Source of the DNA: an uncultured Acidobacteriota bacterium
GTDB taxonomy: Bacteria; Acidobacteriota; Thermoanaerobaculia; Multivoradales; SZUA-115
Length of the DNA: 64,000 nucleotides
Direction: 5' to 3'
Assembly: GCA_963805975.1 (NCBI GenBank)
Contig: CAWDVR010000002.1
Location: 1,056,001-1,120,000, forward strand
The position numbers and the translations under genes were made by a program. Under the pieces are notes generated by a model. The model did no database searches, had not been told where the DNA came from, and worked only from the letters and a program-made list of their open reading frames with translations. Shown in pieces: positions 39,971-53,114 of this stretch (the first letter of the stretch is position 1; the number at the start of each line of letters is the position of its first letter).

Positions 39971-41223
39971 GCTCGCTCTCCGCCGAAGCACCCCGCCCCA
40001 CGGTCGGCCCGGCCCGCCTGCCGTTCTACTACGGCTGGGTGAACCTCGGCGTGGCCGCGCTGGCGATGGTGGGCACTCTTCCCGGGCGCACCCAGGGCCT
40101 GGGGCTGATCACCGAGCCGCTGCTCAGGGACTTGCAGGTCGACCGCGTGCTCTTCGCCCAGATCAACCTCTGGGCCACCCTGATCGGCGCCCTCTTCTGC
40201 CTCGGCATCGGACGGCTGATCGACCGCTTCGGCAGCCGCGTGGTGCTCTCGGCGGTCGCGCTGGCGCTCGGCGCGGTGGTGCTCGCGATGAGCGGTGCCC
40301 ACGGCGTGCTGTGGCTCGCGCTTCTCATCACGCTCTCCCGCGGGCTGGGCCAGAGCGCCCTCTCCGTGGTGAGCCTGACGATCGTCGGCCAGTGGTTCGT
40401 GCGCCGGATCAGCCTGGCGATGTCCGTCTACACCGTGGTACTCAGTATCGGCTTCATGGTGGCCTTTCCCGTGGTCGGTGCGGCCGTGGTCGGGAGCGGC
40501 TGGCGCGCTGCCTGGGCCGGGGTCGGGGCCATGCTGCTGCTCTTGCTGGTACCGGCGGCCTGGCTCTTCGTCCGGCGGACGCCGGAGGACTGCGGCATCG
40601 CGCTCGACGGTGAGCGCCAGCCGGAGGGCGAGCCGGTGGCCAGGCAGGGTGCGACGCTGCGGCAGGCGCTCTCGACGCCCGCCTTCTGGGTGTTCGGTCT
40701 CGCGAGCTCGGTCTACGGCCTGACCGCCTCGGGCATCGCTCTGTTCAACGAGTCGATCCTCGCCGAGCGGGGCTTCGATCCGGCCACCTACCACCGCAGC
40801 CTGGCGGTCACCGCGCTGACCGCCCTCGCCGGGAACTTCCTGGGCGGCTGGCTGGTCTCCAAGGGTTCCATGAACCGGCTGATGGCGCTCGCCATGGGCC
40901 TGCTCGCGGGTGCGCTCCTGGCGCTGCCCCAGGTCAGCACCCAGGCGCACGTCGCGGCCTATGCCGTGGTCATGGGGCTGGCCGGCGGCTTCGTGATGGT
41001 GATCTTCTTCACCTTCTGGAGCCAGGCCTTCGGCCGCGCCCATCTCGGCAAGATCCAGGGTGCGGCGCAGTCCCTGACCGTGCTCGCGTCCGCGGTCGGG
41101 CCACTGCTCCTCGCAGAGTGCGTGGCCCGGACCGGTTCCTACGCGACGATGTTCTACCTCCTGGCCGTGGTGGTGGCGGTTCTCGGCGCGGCCGCCTGGT
41201 TCGTCACTCCCTCACGTTCCTGA
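39967..41223 (+). CDS. MFS transporter (OFA-like)
   Basis: FYYGWV, GRLIDRFGSR, FGRAHLGKIQG; about 12 TM helices. Confidence 0.88.
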   Translation: MSSLSAEAPRPTVGPARLPFYYGWVNLGVAALAMVGTLPGRTQGLGLITEPLLRDLQVDRVLFAQINLWATLIGALFCLGIGRLIDRFGSRVVLSAVALALGAVVLAMSGAHGVLWLALLITLSRGLGQSALSVVSLTIVGQWFVRRISLAMSVYTVVLSIGFMVAFPVVGAAVVGSGWRAAWAGVGAMLLLLLVPAAWLFVRRTPEDCGIALDGERQPEGEPVARQGATLRQALSTPAFWVFGLASSVYGLTASGIALFNESILAERGFDPATYHRSLAVTALTALAGNFLGGWLVSKGSMNRLMALAMGLLAGALLALPQVSTQAHVAAYAVVMGLAGGFVMVIFFTFWSQAFGRAHLGKIQGAAQSLTVLASAVGPLLLAECVARTGSYATMFYLLAVVVAVLGAAAWFVTPSRS

Positions 41224-41234
41224 CACGTCGCGCC

Positions 41235-42098
41235 GTGCCGCGAAGCCTCTTGCTCGCCTTCCTCGTCCTGCTCCTCGCCGTCGAGGTGGCGCTGCCGGTG
41301 GCGATGGCGCTCTCTCGCAACCGACTGATCTTCCTGCCCTCGATGGCGCCCGGTGCAGAGGCGGGCTCGAGGTTCTTTCCACCGGACGTCGAGGCGCGAG
41401 TGGTGAGCGTCCGGCGTCCGGACCGCCGGCTGCTGGCGGCGTACGACGCCAGGCCACGCGGCCTGGGTGACGGTGAGGGGCCGGTGGTGCTCTTCTCCCA
41501 CGGCAACGCCGGCAACCTCTTCTACCGCGCCTCGCTCCTCGGCCTCTTCGTGCGCCACACCGGGGCGCGTACGCTGGCCTTCGACTACTCGGGATACGGC
41601 GGCAACGAGGGCAGGCCCAGCGAGGAAGAGGTCTACCGGGACGGCCTCGCGGCCTACGACCACCTGGTAGCCGAGGGCGTGACAGCGGGACGGATCGTCC
41701 TCTACGGCGAGAGCCTGGGCGGGGCCGTGGCCTTGAAGGTGGCTTCCGAGCGACCGGTGGCCGGGGTGGTGCTGCAAGCGCCCTTCGCCTCGCTCGCCTC
41801 CCTCGCCCGGCGCCTCTACTCCTGGCTGCCTCTCGCCGCCGTGCTGGTCCGTGGCGACTTTCCCAACGCGGAGCGCGTGCGGCGGCTCACAGTGCCCGTG
41901 CTCGTGGTGCACGGCACCGAGGACGAAGTGATCCCTCTCGCCGAAGGCCACGCTCTCCACGCCGCGGCGCCACCCGGCTCAGAGCTCCTACCCATCGAAG
42001 GCGCCGGTCACAACGACCTCTTCGAAGTGGGCGGCGAGGAATACCTGCGAGGGCTCGGCGAACGGTTCCGGGCGTGGACGGAGAGGTCCAAGAGCTAG
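41235..42098 (+). CDS. Alpha/beta hydrolase (ABHD13/17-like)
   Basis: HGNAGN, DYSGYG, GESLGG nucleophile, HGTEDEVIP, GAGHND. Confidence 0.88.
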   Translation: MPRSLLLAFLVLLLAVEVALPVAMALSRNRLIFLPSMAPGAEAGSRFFPPDVEARVVSVRRPDRRLLAAYDARPRGLGDGEGPVVLFSHGNAGNLFYRASLLGLFVRHTGARTLAFDYSGYGGNEGRPSEEEVYRDGLAAYDHLVAEGVTAGRIVLYGESLGGAVALKVASERPVAGVVLQAPFASLASLARRLYSWLPLAAVLVRGDFPNAERVRRLTVPVLVVHGTEDEVIPLAEGHALHAAAPPGSELLPIEGAGHNDLFEVGGEEYLRGLGERFRAWTERSKS

Positions 42099-42189
42099 CT
42101 GCGCTCGCGAGTCGCCCCGAGGTGGTACGGAGCTCGTGGGCGAAGCGCGCATCTTGACGGAGCTACGGATAATCCGTAGTCTGACGAAG

Positions 42190-42477
42190 GTGGAATACGA
42201 GTGGGATACCACGAAGGCCGCCGAGAATCTACGTAGGCATGGGGTCGATTTCGTGGAAGCCATCGCGGCTCTTGAGGACCCGCATCGCTTCGAGACGATG
42301 GACACCCGCTCGGTCTACAGCGAGGAAAGGATGCAGGTTCTCGGCATGAGCGCTGACGGCATCTTATTCGTGATACCGACGATGCGCGGCAACGAGCGGT
42401 GCCGCATTATTTCGACCCGGAGGGCCACGCGCCATGAAGCAGACCGGTACTACGCGGGTGATCGTGAAGCTTGGTGA
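42190..42477 (+). CDS. BrnT-family toxin
   Basis: YEWDTTKAAENLRRHGVDF..EER..G..RIISTRRATRHE. Confidence 0.85.
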   Translation: MEYEWDTTKAAENLRRHGVDFVEAIAALEDPHRFETMDTRSVYSEERMQVLGMSADGILFVIPTMRGNERCRIISTRRATRHEADRYYAGDREAW

Positions 42478-42805
42478 ACCCCTATCGCGCGGCGAAACCG
42501 ACTGGGCACGGGTGAAGGCGATGACCGATGAAGAGATCCTGGCAGCAGCGCTCTCCGACCCCGATGCTCAGCCTCTCACCTCGGAGGAACTGGCGAGGAT
42601 GCGGCGGGTCTCCCCTGCCAAGGTGCTGCGGCAACGGCTCGGGATGACCCAGGTCGAGTTTGCCGCTGAGTTCGGGATACCGGTGAGCACGCTGCGGGAC
42701 TGGGAACAGCGCCGGACCACTCCGGATGCGCCGGCTCGTTCGTTGCTGCGAGCCATCGAGCGTGAGCCCGAGACCATGAGGCGGCTGCTGGCCCAGGTAG
42801 CCTGA
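42434..42805 (+). CDS. Antitoxin with a C-terminal XRE-type HTH
   Basis: TDWARVKAMTDEEI, LGMTQVEFA..IPVSTLRDWEQRR; overlaps the toxin gene. Confidence 0.82.
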   Translation: MKQTGTTRVIVKLGEPLSRGETDWARVKAMTDEEILAAALSDPDAQPLTSEELARMRRVSPAKVLRQRLGMTQVEFAAEFGIPVSTLRDWEQRRTTPDAPARSLLRAIEREPETMRRLLAQVA

Positions 42806-43000
42806 GCCAGCGAGGGTCGCCGGGCGACTGTCGTCACGGGCCGGGCGACGCATGGCTTGCCGAGGCCCCCGATGACGATTCGGGCATCGCACGCGCCCTG
42901 GGCGACATTGCCCGCACCAGCCGAACAGATCCATCGAGCGGCCCACCCTGCGCTAAACTCCACAAGAACCAGCAGCATAGCCAGCACGGGGAGGCCCGCG

Positions 43001-46000
43001 ATGCCGTTCGAGGCCCGCTCTCTGGAGTTTTTCCATACCCACTCGCCGCGACGCTGGCCTTGGGCCGCCGCTTTCTTGTCGGCGGCCGCCCTCGCCCTGC
43101 TGCTCCTCCCCGCTTTCGAGGTTCAGACCCAGACGGCCGACCCGCCTTGCGACCTCTACAGCCCGGAGCCGGTGCCGGCGAGCTTCGTGGGATGTGCCGA
43201 TCTGCAAGCGAAGGTGGAGGACACGGCCGCCTTCATGGGCCAGGATGGGTTCGATCTCGCGGGCTACGAGGGCGTGCTCGGCGAGTTCTTCGACAACTAC
43301 TGCCACCGCAACGCCGCTTCCGGCTGGGTGCGCGACAAGCGGGTGCGCGACACCGGTCCGTACGTGGCGGTGTCGCAGCCGGGCGGCACCTGGAGCTCAC
43401 CGCGCGCCTACGGCACCCACCTGCCGGTGGTGATCTGGTACAACCCGAAGATGATCGAGTGGCTGCGGCAGAACCGGCCGCACGAAGGAGACGCGCCCGC
43501 CGCGCCCGCGCCCATCCCGGATGGTGCGGTGATGGTGAAGGAGATGTTCCCGGCGCCGGCGGCGCGCTGCGACCGCTACCCGCCCGAGCACCTGACGGTG
43601 CCTGCCTCGACGGGCGTGGCCTTCATGATCCGCGACGCGGCCAACGCCCAGGACGGCTGGTTCTGGGGCGCCTGGTGGCAGGGGTTCACCCCGGATTGGC
43701 CGCCGCAGGGCCGCGGGCTGGCGGCGATGGGCTTCGGGCTCTACTGTCTCAACTGCCACGCCTCGGCGAAGGACAACTCCACCTTCGCCGACCTCGCCAA
43801 CGTGGCCGGCGAGCCCGGCGAGCCCAACGTCTACCTGTCGCAGAACTTCCTCTTCGAAAACGCTATCGCCCCCCAGGAGGAGCTGGGCCGCCACCGCACC
43901 GTGGTGGACACCACCGACGACCCGCCCCGCGAGCAGGCGCCGCTCTCGAGCTACAACCCCGCCTTCCTGGCGCGCTTCCCCACGACGACTCCACCAGTGC
44001 AGAGCGCCATCACCTCGCTCCCGTCCCAGACCTACGACCACGTGTGGGTGCCCGGTGGAGGGCCCACCGTGGCGAGCCAGTTCGTCACCTCGGACCAGTG
44101 CATCGGCTGCCATGACGCCGGCTCCACGGGCCTGCAATTCGACATGACCGAGCCCTCGCCCAAGGCGAAGGCGCTGCTCAACCTTTCGCCCTACGCCACC
44201 TGGCGCACCTCGCCCATGGGCCTGGGCGGGCGGGACCCGATCTTCCTCGCCCAGCTGGCGAGCGAGACGGAGACCTTCCACCCCCAGCATGCGGCGATGG
44301 TGCAGAACATCTGCTTCGGCTGCCACGGAGTCCAGGGGCAGCGCCAGCTCGGCATCGACCACTTCGAGAAAACTGGTGTCTGCGTCCCGTTCGACCGCGC
44401 CATGGTCGACGCCGTGCCCTATCCGGCCGCCGCGGCCCACAACCCCGGGCTGGCCTTCGCCCGCTACGGCGCGCTGGCTCGCGACGGCATCGCCTGCTCG
44501 GCCTGCCATCACATGGCGCTGACGCCGGCCGAGATCGAGCGGGTGAAGGACGCGCCGCAGAACCACTGCGTCGAGGAGCGCCAGGAGCTGCTCAACCCGG
44601 AGAACAAGGGCTTCGCCCGCACCTTCACCGGCAGCTTCTTCGTCGGCCCGCCGGGCGAGCTCTACGGCCCGTTCACCGAGCCCCAGCAGAAGCCCATGGA
44701 GCACGCGCTCGACATCCAGCCGATCCACAACACGGCGGTCAAGAGCTCCGAGCTCTGCGGCACCTGCCACACCGTGCACCTGCCCATCTTCGGCGCCGGC
44801 GGCAAGCAACTGGGCTCGACCTACGAGCAGACCACCTATCCGGAATGGGCGATGAGCGCCTACCGCACCGGCGCACTGGCCGACGGCTCGCCGCTGCCGT
44901 CCGGCGTCGGCAGCCTGGCGCAGTCCTGCCAGGGCTGCCACATGAAGTCTTCGGACGGGAAGACCGGGCTCTACCAGAGCAAGATCGCGAGCATCCAGGA
45001 GAAGAGCAACTTCCCGGCCACGGAGAACACGCTGCCGGCAGCGGAGATCGACCTCTCCCCCCGACCCGGCTTCGCCCGCCACACGCTGGTGGGGCTGAAC
45101 GTCTTTTTCAACGAGATGGCGCAGCAGTTCCCGGACGTGCTGGGCATCCCGACGCAGGACCCGATGATGGGCTCGCTCGGCCTCGACCCGCTGCTCGCCA
45201 CCGAGCAGGCGATGCTCCAGCAAGCCGCAGAGCAAACTGCGACCGTGGCCGTGAGCGAGGTGCGCCTCGCCGGCCGCAAGCTCTCCGCCCGGGTCACGGT
45301 CGACAATCTCGTCGGCCACCGCTTCCCCTCGGGCGTCGGCTTCCGCCGCGCCTTCCTCGAGGTCGCGGTGCTGGACGCCGCGGGCCAGGTGCTCTGGGCC
45401 TCGGGGCGCACGGACGGCGCCGGCACGCTGGTGGATCAGAACGGCCAGGCCCTCGCCGGCGAGATGCTGTGGCAGAGCGACTGCTCCGCGCTCCTTCCCG
45501 GCACCGCCCACCAGCCGCACTACCAGGTGGTGAGGCGCCAGGACCAGGCGCAGATCTACCAGGAGCTCTCGCTCTCGCCGGCACCGGTGCCGGACCCGCG
45601 CTGCGGGCGACACCCGGTTCCGGGCGGCGCCATCACCACCAGCTTCCTCTCGATCTGCGGCCCGCTCAAGGACAACCGCCTGCTGCCGGATGGTTTCCTG
45701 GGGGATCGCGAGCGGCTGGCGATCGCTCGCGCCCTGGGGGCCGGCCACGAGCTGGCGGAAGAGACCGGGCCGTTCGCGGTGGGCGACGACCCGGACTACA
45801 GGAGCGGCGGCGGCGGAGACTCGCTGCGCTACGAAGCGGACCTCGCCGAGGTGGCTGGCACCCCGGTCTACGTGCAGGCGACGCTCTATTACCAGGCCAT
45901 CCCGCCCTTCTATCTGCAAGACCGCTTCTGCACCTCACGAAGCGGCGACACCGAGCGCCTCTACTACCTCGCCGGGCATCTCGACCTCGCCAAGAGCCCG

Positions 46001-46084
46001 ATGGAGAGCTGGAAGCTCACGGTGGCGAGCAGCGGCCGCGTGGTGATCGGGCCGGCGGCGGAGGCGGTGCAGGCGGCGAGGTAG
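43001..46084 (+). CDS. Exported multihaem cytochrome: N-terminal cytochrome P460-like domain + five further CxxCH + C-terminal beta domain
   Basis: Signal peptide; WYNP, PDGAVMVKE, FMIRD..GWFW, CLNCH; then CIGCH, CFGCH, CSACH, CGTCH, CQGCH; GHRFPSG. Confidence 0.85.
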   Translation: MPFEARSLEFFHTHSPRRWPWAAAFLSAAALALLLLPAFEVQTQTADPPCDLYSPEPVPASFVGCADLQAKVEDTAAFMGQDGFDLAGYEGVLGEFFDNYCHRNAASGWVRDKRVRDTGPYVAVSQPGGTWSSPRAYGTHLPVVIWYNPKMIEWLRQNRPHEGDAPAAPAPIPDGAVMVKEMFPAPAARCDRYPPEHLTVPASTGVAFMIRDAANAQDGWFWGAWWQGFTPDWPPQGRGLAAMGFGLYCLNCHASAKDNSTFADLANVAGEPGEPNVYLSQNFLFENAIAPQEELGRHRTVVDTTDDPPREQAPLSSYNPAFLARFPTTTPPVQSAITSLPSQTYDHVWVPGGGPTVASQFVTSDQCIGCHDAGSTGLQFDMTEPSPKAKALLNLSPYATWRTSPMGLGGRDPIFLAQLASETETFHPQHAAMVQNICFGCHGVQGQRQLGIDHFEKTGVCVPFDRAMVDAVPYPAAAAHNPGLAFARYGALARDGIACSACHHMALTPAEIERVKDAPQNHCVEERQELLNPENKGFARTFTGSFFVGPPGELYGPFTEPQQKPMEHALDIQPIHNTAVKSSELCGTCHTVHLPIFGAGGKQLGSTYEQTTYPEWAMSAYRTGALADGSPLPSGVGSLAQSCQGCHMKSSDGKTGLYQSKIASIQEKSNFPATENTLPAAEIDLSPRPGFARHTLVGLNVFFNEMAQQFPDVLGIPTQDPMMGSLGLDPLLATEQAMLQQAAEQTATVAVSEVRLAGRKLSARVTVDNLVGHRFPSGVGFRRAFLEVAVLDAAGQVLWASGRTDGAGTLVDQNGQALAGEMLWQSDCSALLPGTAHQPHYQVVRRQDQAQIYQELSLSPAPVPDPRCGRHPVPGGAITTSFLSICGPLKDNRLLPDGFLGDRERLAIARALGAGHELAEETGPFAVGDDPDYRSGGGGDSLRYEADLAEVAGTPVYVQATLYYQAIPPFYLQDRFCTSRSGDTERLYYLAGHLDLAKSPMESWKLTVASSGRVVIGPAAEAVQAAR

Positions 46085-46152
46085 ATTGTCGGGGTCTCGC
46101 GAGTCGTTCGCCGGACTCCAGCCCAAACTGTTGACTGGTTGTGGAGGTTTCT

Positions 46153-46500
46153 ATGGCACTCGTCGTCCGCGCCTTTCCCGTTCTGCCCGAAAAAGAAAAG
46201 GAGCTTCAGGCCTTCGCGGCTGAGCTCACCGAACAGCGCCAGCAGGAGGCATCCGAGTTCTTTCGCCTCTTTCGTGTGCAGCATGAAAGCTGGCATCTCC
46301 AGCACACTCCACACGGTTCGTGGGTGATCGCAGTCACCGATCTCCTGGAAGAGCCGGAAGTGGTGGCACAGGAGTATGCGGAGTCTGAGCGACCTTTCGA
46401 CCGATGGTTCAAGGGCCAGGTTCTTTCCTTGTCGGGCATCGACCCGGACCTCGAGCCGCTCGGCCCACCGACAGAGAAGATCTTCGAGTGGCGGAGCTAG
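46153..46500 (+). CDS. Hypothetical soluble protein
   Basis: GGAGG RBS; about 115 aa. Confidence 0.6.
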   Translation: MALVVRAFPVLPEKEKELQAFAAELTEQRQQEASEFFRLFRVQHESWHLQHTPHGSWVIAVTDLLEEPEVVAQEYAESERPFDRWFKGQVLSLSGIDPDLEPLGPPTEKIFEWRS

Positions 46501-47009
46501 GCAACGCCGTCTCACCCCTCGTCGGCCACGCTCTGGTATGGGGCCTCTTCCTCAGCGCGGTCCTCTTCACCATGACCCTCCTGCTCCTCTGGTGGAACCC
46601 GGAGATCATGCTCAGGGACTATCCGCCGGACATCCAGGCCCAGCACGGGCCGATGAGCGAGCGGTCGAAGCGCCAGCGATGGCCGGTGGGAATCGCTTTC
46701 CTGGCGGTGCTGGTGGCGATCGTCGTGGCCTCGTTCCAGCGCGTTCACGCGCTCGCGGGCGGGGACATCTCCTTCGCCGTGGCTTTCGTCCACTCGTGCA
46801 CGATGTTCTCGCTCTTCAACCTGCTCGACTGGCTGGTGCTCGATTGGGGGATGGTCGCCCTGCAACCCCGCTTCGTCGTCTTGCCGGGGACCGAGGGCCT
46901 GGCCGGCTACCGTGACTACTGGTTCCATTTTCGCGGCTTCCTGATCGGCATCGTGGTGACCCTCCTCGCCAGCCTGCTGACTGCCGGGATCGCCGCCAGG
47001 TTCTTTTGA
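46488..47009 (+). CDS. Hypothetical 4-TM membrane protein (start uncertain)
   Basis: DYPPDIQ, FNLLDWLVLDW, LPGTEG..GYRDYWFH. Confidence 0.65.
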   Translation: MAELGNAVSPLVGHALVWGLFLSAVLFTMTLLLLWWNPEIMLRDYPPDIQAQHGPMSERSKRQRWPVGIAFLAVLVAIVVASFQRVHALAGGDISFAVAFVHSCTMFSLFNLLDWLVLDWGMVALQPRFVVLPGTEGLAGYRDYWFHFRGFLIGIVVTLLASLLTAGIAARFF

Positions 47010-47127
47010 AGAGGCTACACAGCTCGCCGTCGGGTTGATCTCCGCGCCAGGAAGCGCACGAGCGTGGCGCGACTTAGAGGCATGATGCGCGTCCGATGAC
47101 CGGACCGCCCTCAAAGGGAGAGATGAA

Positions 47128-47583
47128 ATGAGTCACTTCACACGACTGGGAGCAGGTCTCGTCCTCATCGCCATCGTGGGCACGTGCATCTGGGCCTTCT
47201 TCCCGCGCAAGGAAAACGGCGTGGACATCGACTTCGTGGTCGGCGTGACAGCGTTCTCGATCGCGATGGTGACGTTCTTTGGCATCCTCGGGCCGGATCG
47301 CTCGACCAAGGAACGATCCTCGCTCGGCGGCGACCGGCTGAGGACCGCAATCGCCTGCTCACTCATCATCACCTACATCTACATGGTTTCCTTCACCGCC
47401 TTCGTGTGGAACCCACCCGAGGTCGGGGAGGTCACCAGGACGTTCGTCGAGAGCTTCTCGAGCGTGATCGGCATCACGATCGCTTTCTATTTCGGGGCCT
47501 CCGCCGCGGCGCAGATTTTCGGCACGGAGAAGGAGCCCCCACTCGCCGGCAAGCGCGCCGACGAGAAGGGCCCCGACTCGTAG
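47128..47583 (+). CDS. Hypothetical 4-TM membrane protein
   Basis: GGGAG RBS; ends in IAFYFGAS. Confidence 0.65.
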   Translation: MSHFTRLGAGLVLIAIVGTCIWAFFPRKENGVDIDFVVGVTAFSIAMVTFFGILGPDRSTKERSSLGGDRLRTAIACSLIITYIYMVSFTAFVWNPPEVGEVTRTFVESFSSVIGITIAFYFGASAAAQIFGTEKEPPLAGKRADEKGPDS

Positions 47584-47799
47584 CCGAAGGAGGCCCGGTC
47601 GATGGGCGCTCCAGGTGGCTTCCGAGCACGCGGTGCCCGAGTGGTGCTGCTCGGTGCGTGCGCGGCGTCGGCTTGCTGCCCACCACGCTCAGCTCCTCTT
47701 CGAGACGGACCAGACGGAGCGCCTGATGCAATCGATCCTGCACTTTCTCAGGGGGCCGTAGCTTGCACTAGAACCCCAGATCCGCTAGCCTCGGCGAGT

Positions 47800-47819
47800 C
47801 TTGTGACGCTTGTCACAAG
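47800..47819. promoter_or_regulatory. CRP/FNR-family (or Rex-like) operator upstream of the second ACIII operon
   Basis: CTTGTGAC-GCTT-GTCACAAG, containing TGTGA-N6-TCACA. Confidence 0.7.
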
Positions 47820-47911
47820 CGCCTTGTGGGAGAGCTGGGGGCTACGTTATCCTCTCGCCGGTTCCCACAGGCCGGCAGGCCCATAGAATCTCTAGCCGAG
47901 GCCCCTTGACG

Positions 47912-48562
47912 ATGGCCCAGGTATTCCATCGCAGCACGAACACGATCGCCAAGGCGACGATCTATGGCGGTGTGGTTTTTGCGGCCTTCGCGGGCTGGCT
48001 GCTCCTGGCCCTGGCGCGCTCCCCTTACGTCACCCGCCAGGGGGTGGTGCGGCAGCAGCCGGTGCCCTTCAGCCACGACCACCATACGGCCGGCCTCGGC
48101 ATCGACTGCCGCTACTGCCACACCTCGGTCGAGGACTCGTCCTTCGCCGGCCTCCCCCCCACGCAGACCTGCATCGGCTGCCACAAGCTGATCTGGACCA
48201 ACGCCGAGCTCCTGGAGCCGGTGCGGGCGAGCTGGCGGACCGGCGAGCCGATTGTCTGGCGGCGCATCCACGACCTGCCGGACTACGTGTACTTCGACCA
48301 TTCGATCCACGTCGCCAAGGGCGTCTCCTGCTACACCTGCCACGGGGCGGTGAACGAGATGCCGCTCATGTACCAGAAGTCTTCGCTGCTGATGGAGTGG
48401 TGCCTGGACTGTCATCGCGACCCGGCGAAGTTCGTGCGCCCCAGGGAAGAGGTGGTGAACTTTCGCTGGCGGCCCGAGGAGCCCCAGGAAGTGCTGGGGG
48501 CGCGGCTGGTCGAGGAGTACGACATCCACAGCATGACCAACTGCTCGACCTGCCACCGTTGA
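47912..48562 (+). CDS. actA: ACIII ActA, copy 2
   Basis: MAQVFH, QPVPFSHDHH, five CxxCH. Confidence 0.94.
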   Translation: MAQVFHRSTNTIAKATIYGGVVFAAFAGWLLLALARSPYVTRQGVVRQQPVPFSHDHHTAGLGIDCRYCHTSVEDSSFAGLPPTQTCIGCHKLIWTNAELLEPVRASWRTGEPIVWRRIHDLPDYVYFDHSIHVAKGVSCYTCHGAVNEMPLMYQKSSLLMEWCLDCHRDPAKFVRPREEVVNFRWRPEEPQEVLGARLVEEYDIHSMTNCSTCHR

Positions 48563-48600
48563 TATGTCACCGTTGAAAGAAAACTGGGTCACCGCCGAGC

Positions 48601-51710
<3,110 letters not shown>

Positions 51711-51711
<1 letters not shown>

Positions 51712-53114
51712 TGACGCCCGGCGAGAACGTCAGCGTGCTCGACAAGCCGCCGTTCATCGAGCCCGGCCACACTCCGGGAACGGTCACCGACAAGATCAGC
51801 TCGATCGTCCTCGGCAAGATCCCGATGTGGTGGTACGGGGTCTTCGGCGTCGGCTTCATCCTGCTCACGGTGCTGCTCCAGGCGCTTGGCTACCTGATCC
51901 TCAAGGGCACCGGCATCTGGGGCGTGAACATCCCGGTGGGCTGGGGCTGGGCGATCATCAACTTCGTCTGGTGGATCGGCATCGGCCATGCGGGCACGCT
52001 GATCTCGGCGATCCTGCTGCTGCTGCGCCAGCAATGGCGCACCTCGATCAACCGTTTCGCCGAGGCGATGACCCTCTTCGCCGTGGCCTGCGCCGGCATC
52101 TTCCCGCTGATCCACACCGGCCGGCCGTGGCTCGGCTACTGGCTGCTGCCACTGCCCAACGTGATGAGCGTGTGGCCCAACTTCAGGAGCCCGCTGGTCT
52201 GGGACGTGTTCGCGGTCTCGACCTACGCCACAGTCTCGATGCTCTTCTGGTACGTGGGCCTGGTGCCGGACCTCGCCACGCTGCGCGACAAGGCGAAGCA
52301 CAAGGCCGCCAAGATCGCCTACGGCGTCTTTGCCATGGGCTGGCGCGGCTCGGCCGTGCAGTGGCACAACTACGAGTCGGCCTACCTGCTGCTCGCCGGC
52401 CTCGCCACACCGCTGGTGCTCTCCGTGCACACGGTGGTGAGCTTCGACTTCGCGGTCGGCCAGCTTCCCGGCTGGCACGCCACGATCTTCCCGCCCTACT
52501 TTGTCGCCGGCGCCATCTACGCCGGCTTCGCCATGGTGCTGACGCTGGCGCTGCCGCTGCGCTACGCCTTCGGCTTGCACGACTTCATCACCGACCGCCA
52601 CCTGCAGAACATGGCCAAGGTGATGCTCGCCACCGGCCTGATCGTGGTCTACGGTTATTTCATCGAGATCTTCGTCGGCTGGTACGGCGGCCATCCCTAC
52701 GAGCAGTTCCTGATCAAGAACCGCATCACCGGCCCCTACTGGCCGGCCTGGTGGGCCCTGATCCTGTGCAACGGCATCGTGCCGCAGCTCCTGTGGATCA
52801 AGAAGCTGCGCACCAACCCGTGGCTCCTGTTCGGCATCTCGATGGTGGTCAACGTCGGCATGTGGCTCGAGCGCTACGTGATCGTGGTCACCAGCCTGAC
52901 GCGCGACTTCCTGGTCTCCTCCTGGGGCACTTACCACGGCACCAAGTGGGACGTGATGACGTTCATCGGCACCATCGGCCTGTTCATCTTCCTGTTCTCG
53001 CTGTTCATCCGCTTCCTGCCGCTGATCTCGATCTTCGAGATGCGCACCATCGTGCCGGAGGCCGAGCGGGTGCTGAAGCACCGGCCGGAAGAGCCCGAGG
53101 GGACGGGACCATGA
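51711..53114 (+). CDS. actC: ACIII ActC, copy 2
   Basis: [39 protein letters not shown]. Confidence 0.94.

Noticed and set aside
47128-47583. Holin-like gene suggesting a prophage
   Set aside because: Only a weak FYFG resemblance; no endolysin or other phage genes nearby.
47583-47800. Possible ncRNA in the long intergenic region
   Set aside because: No recognisable riboswitch, tRNA or stable conserved structure visible by eye.
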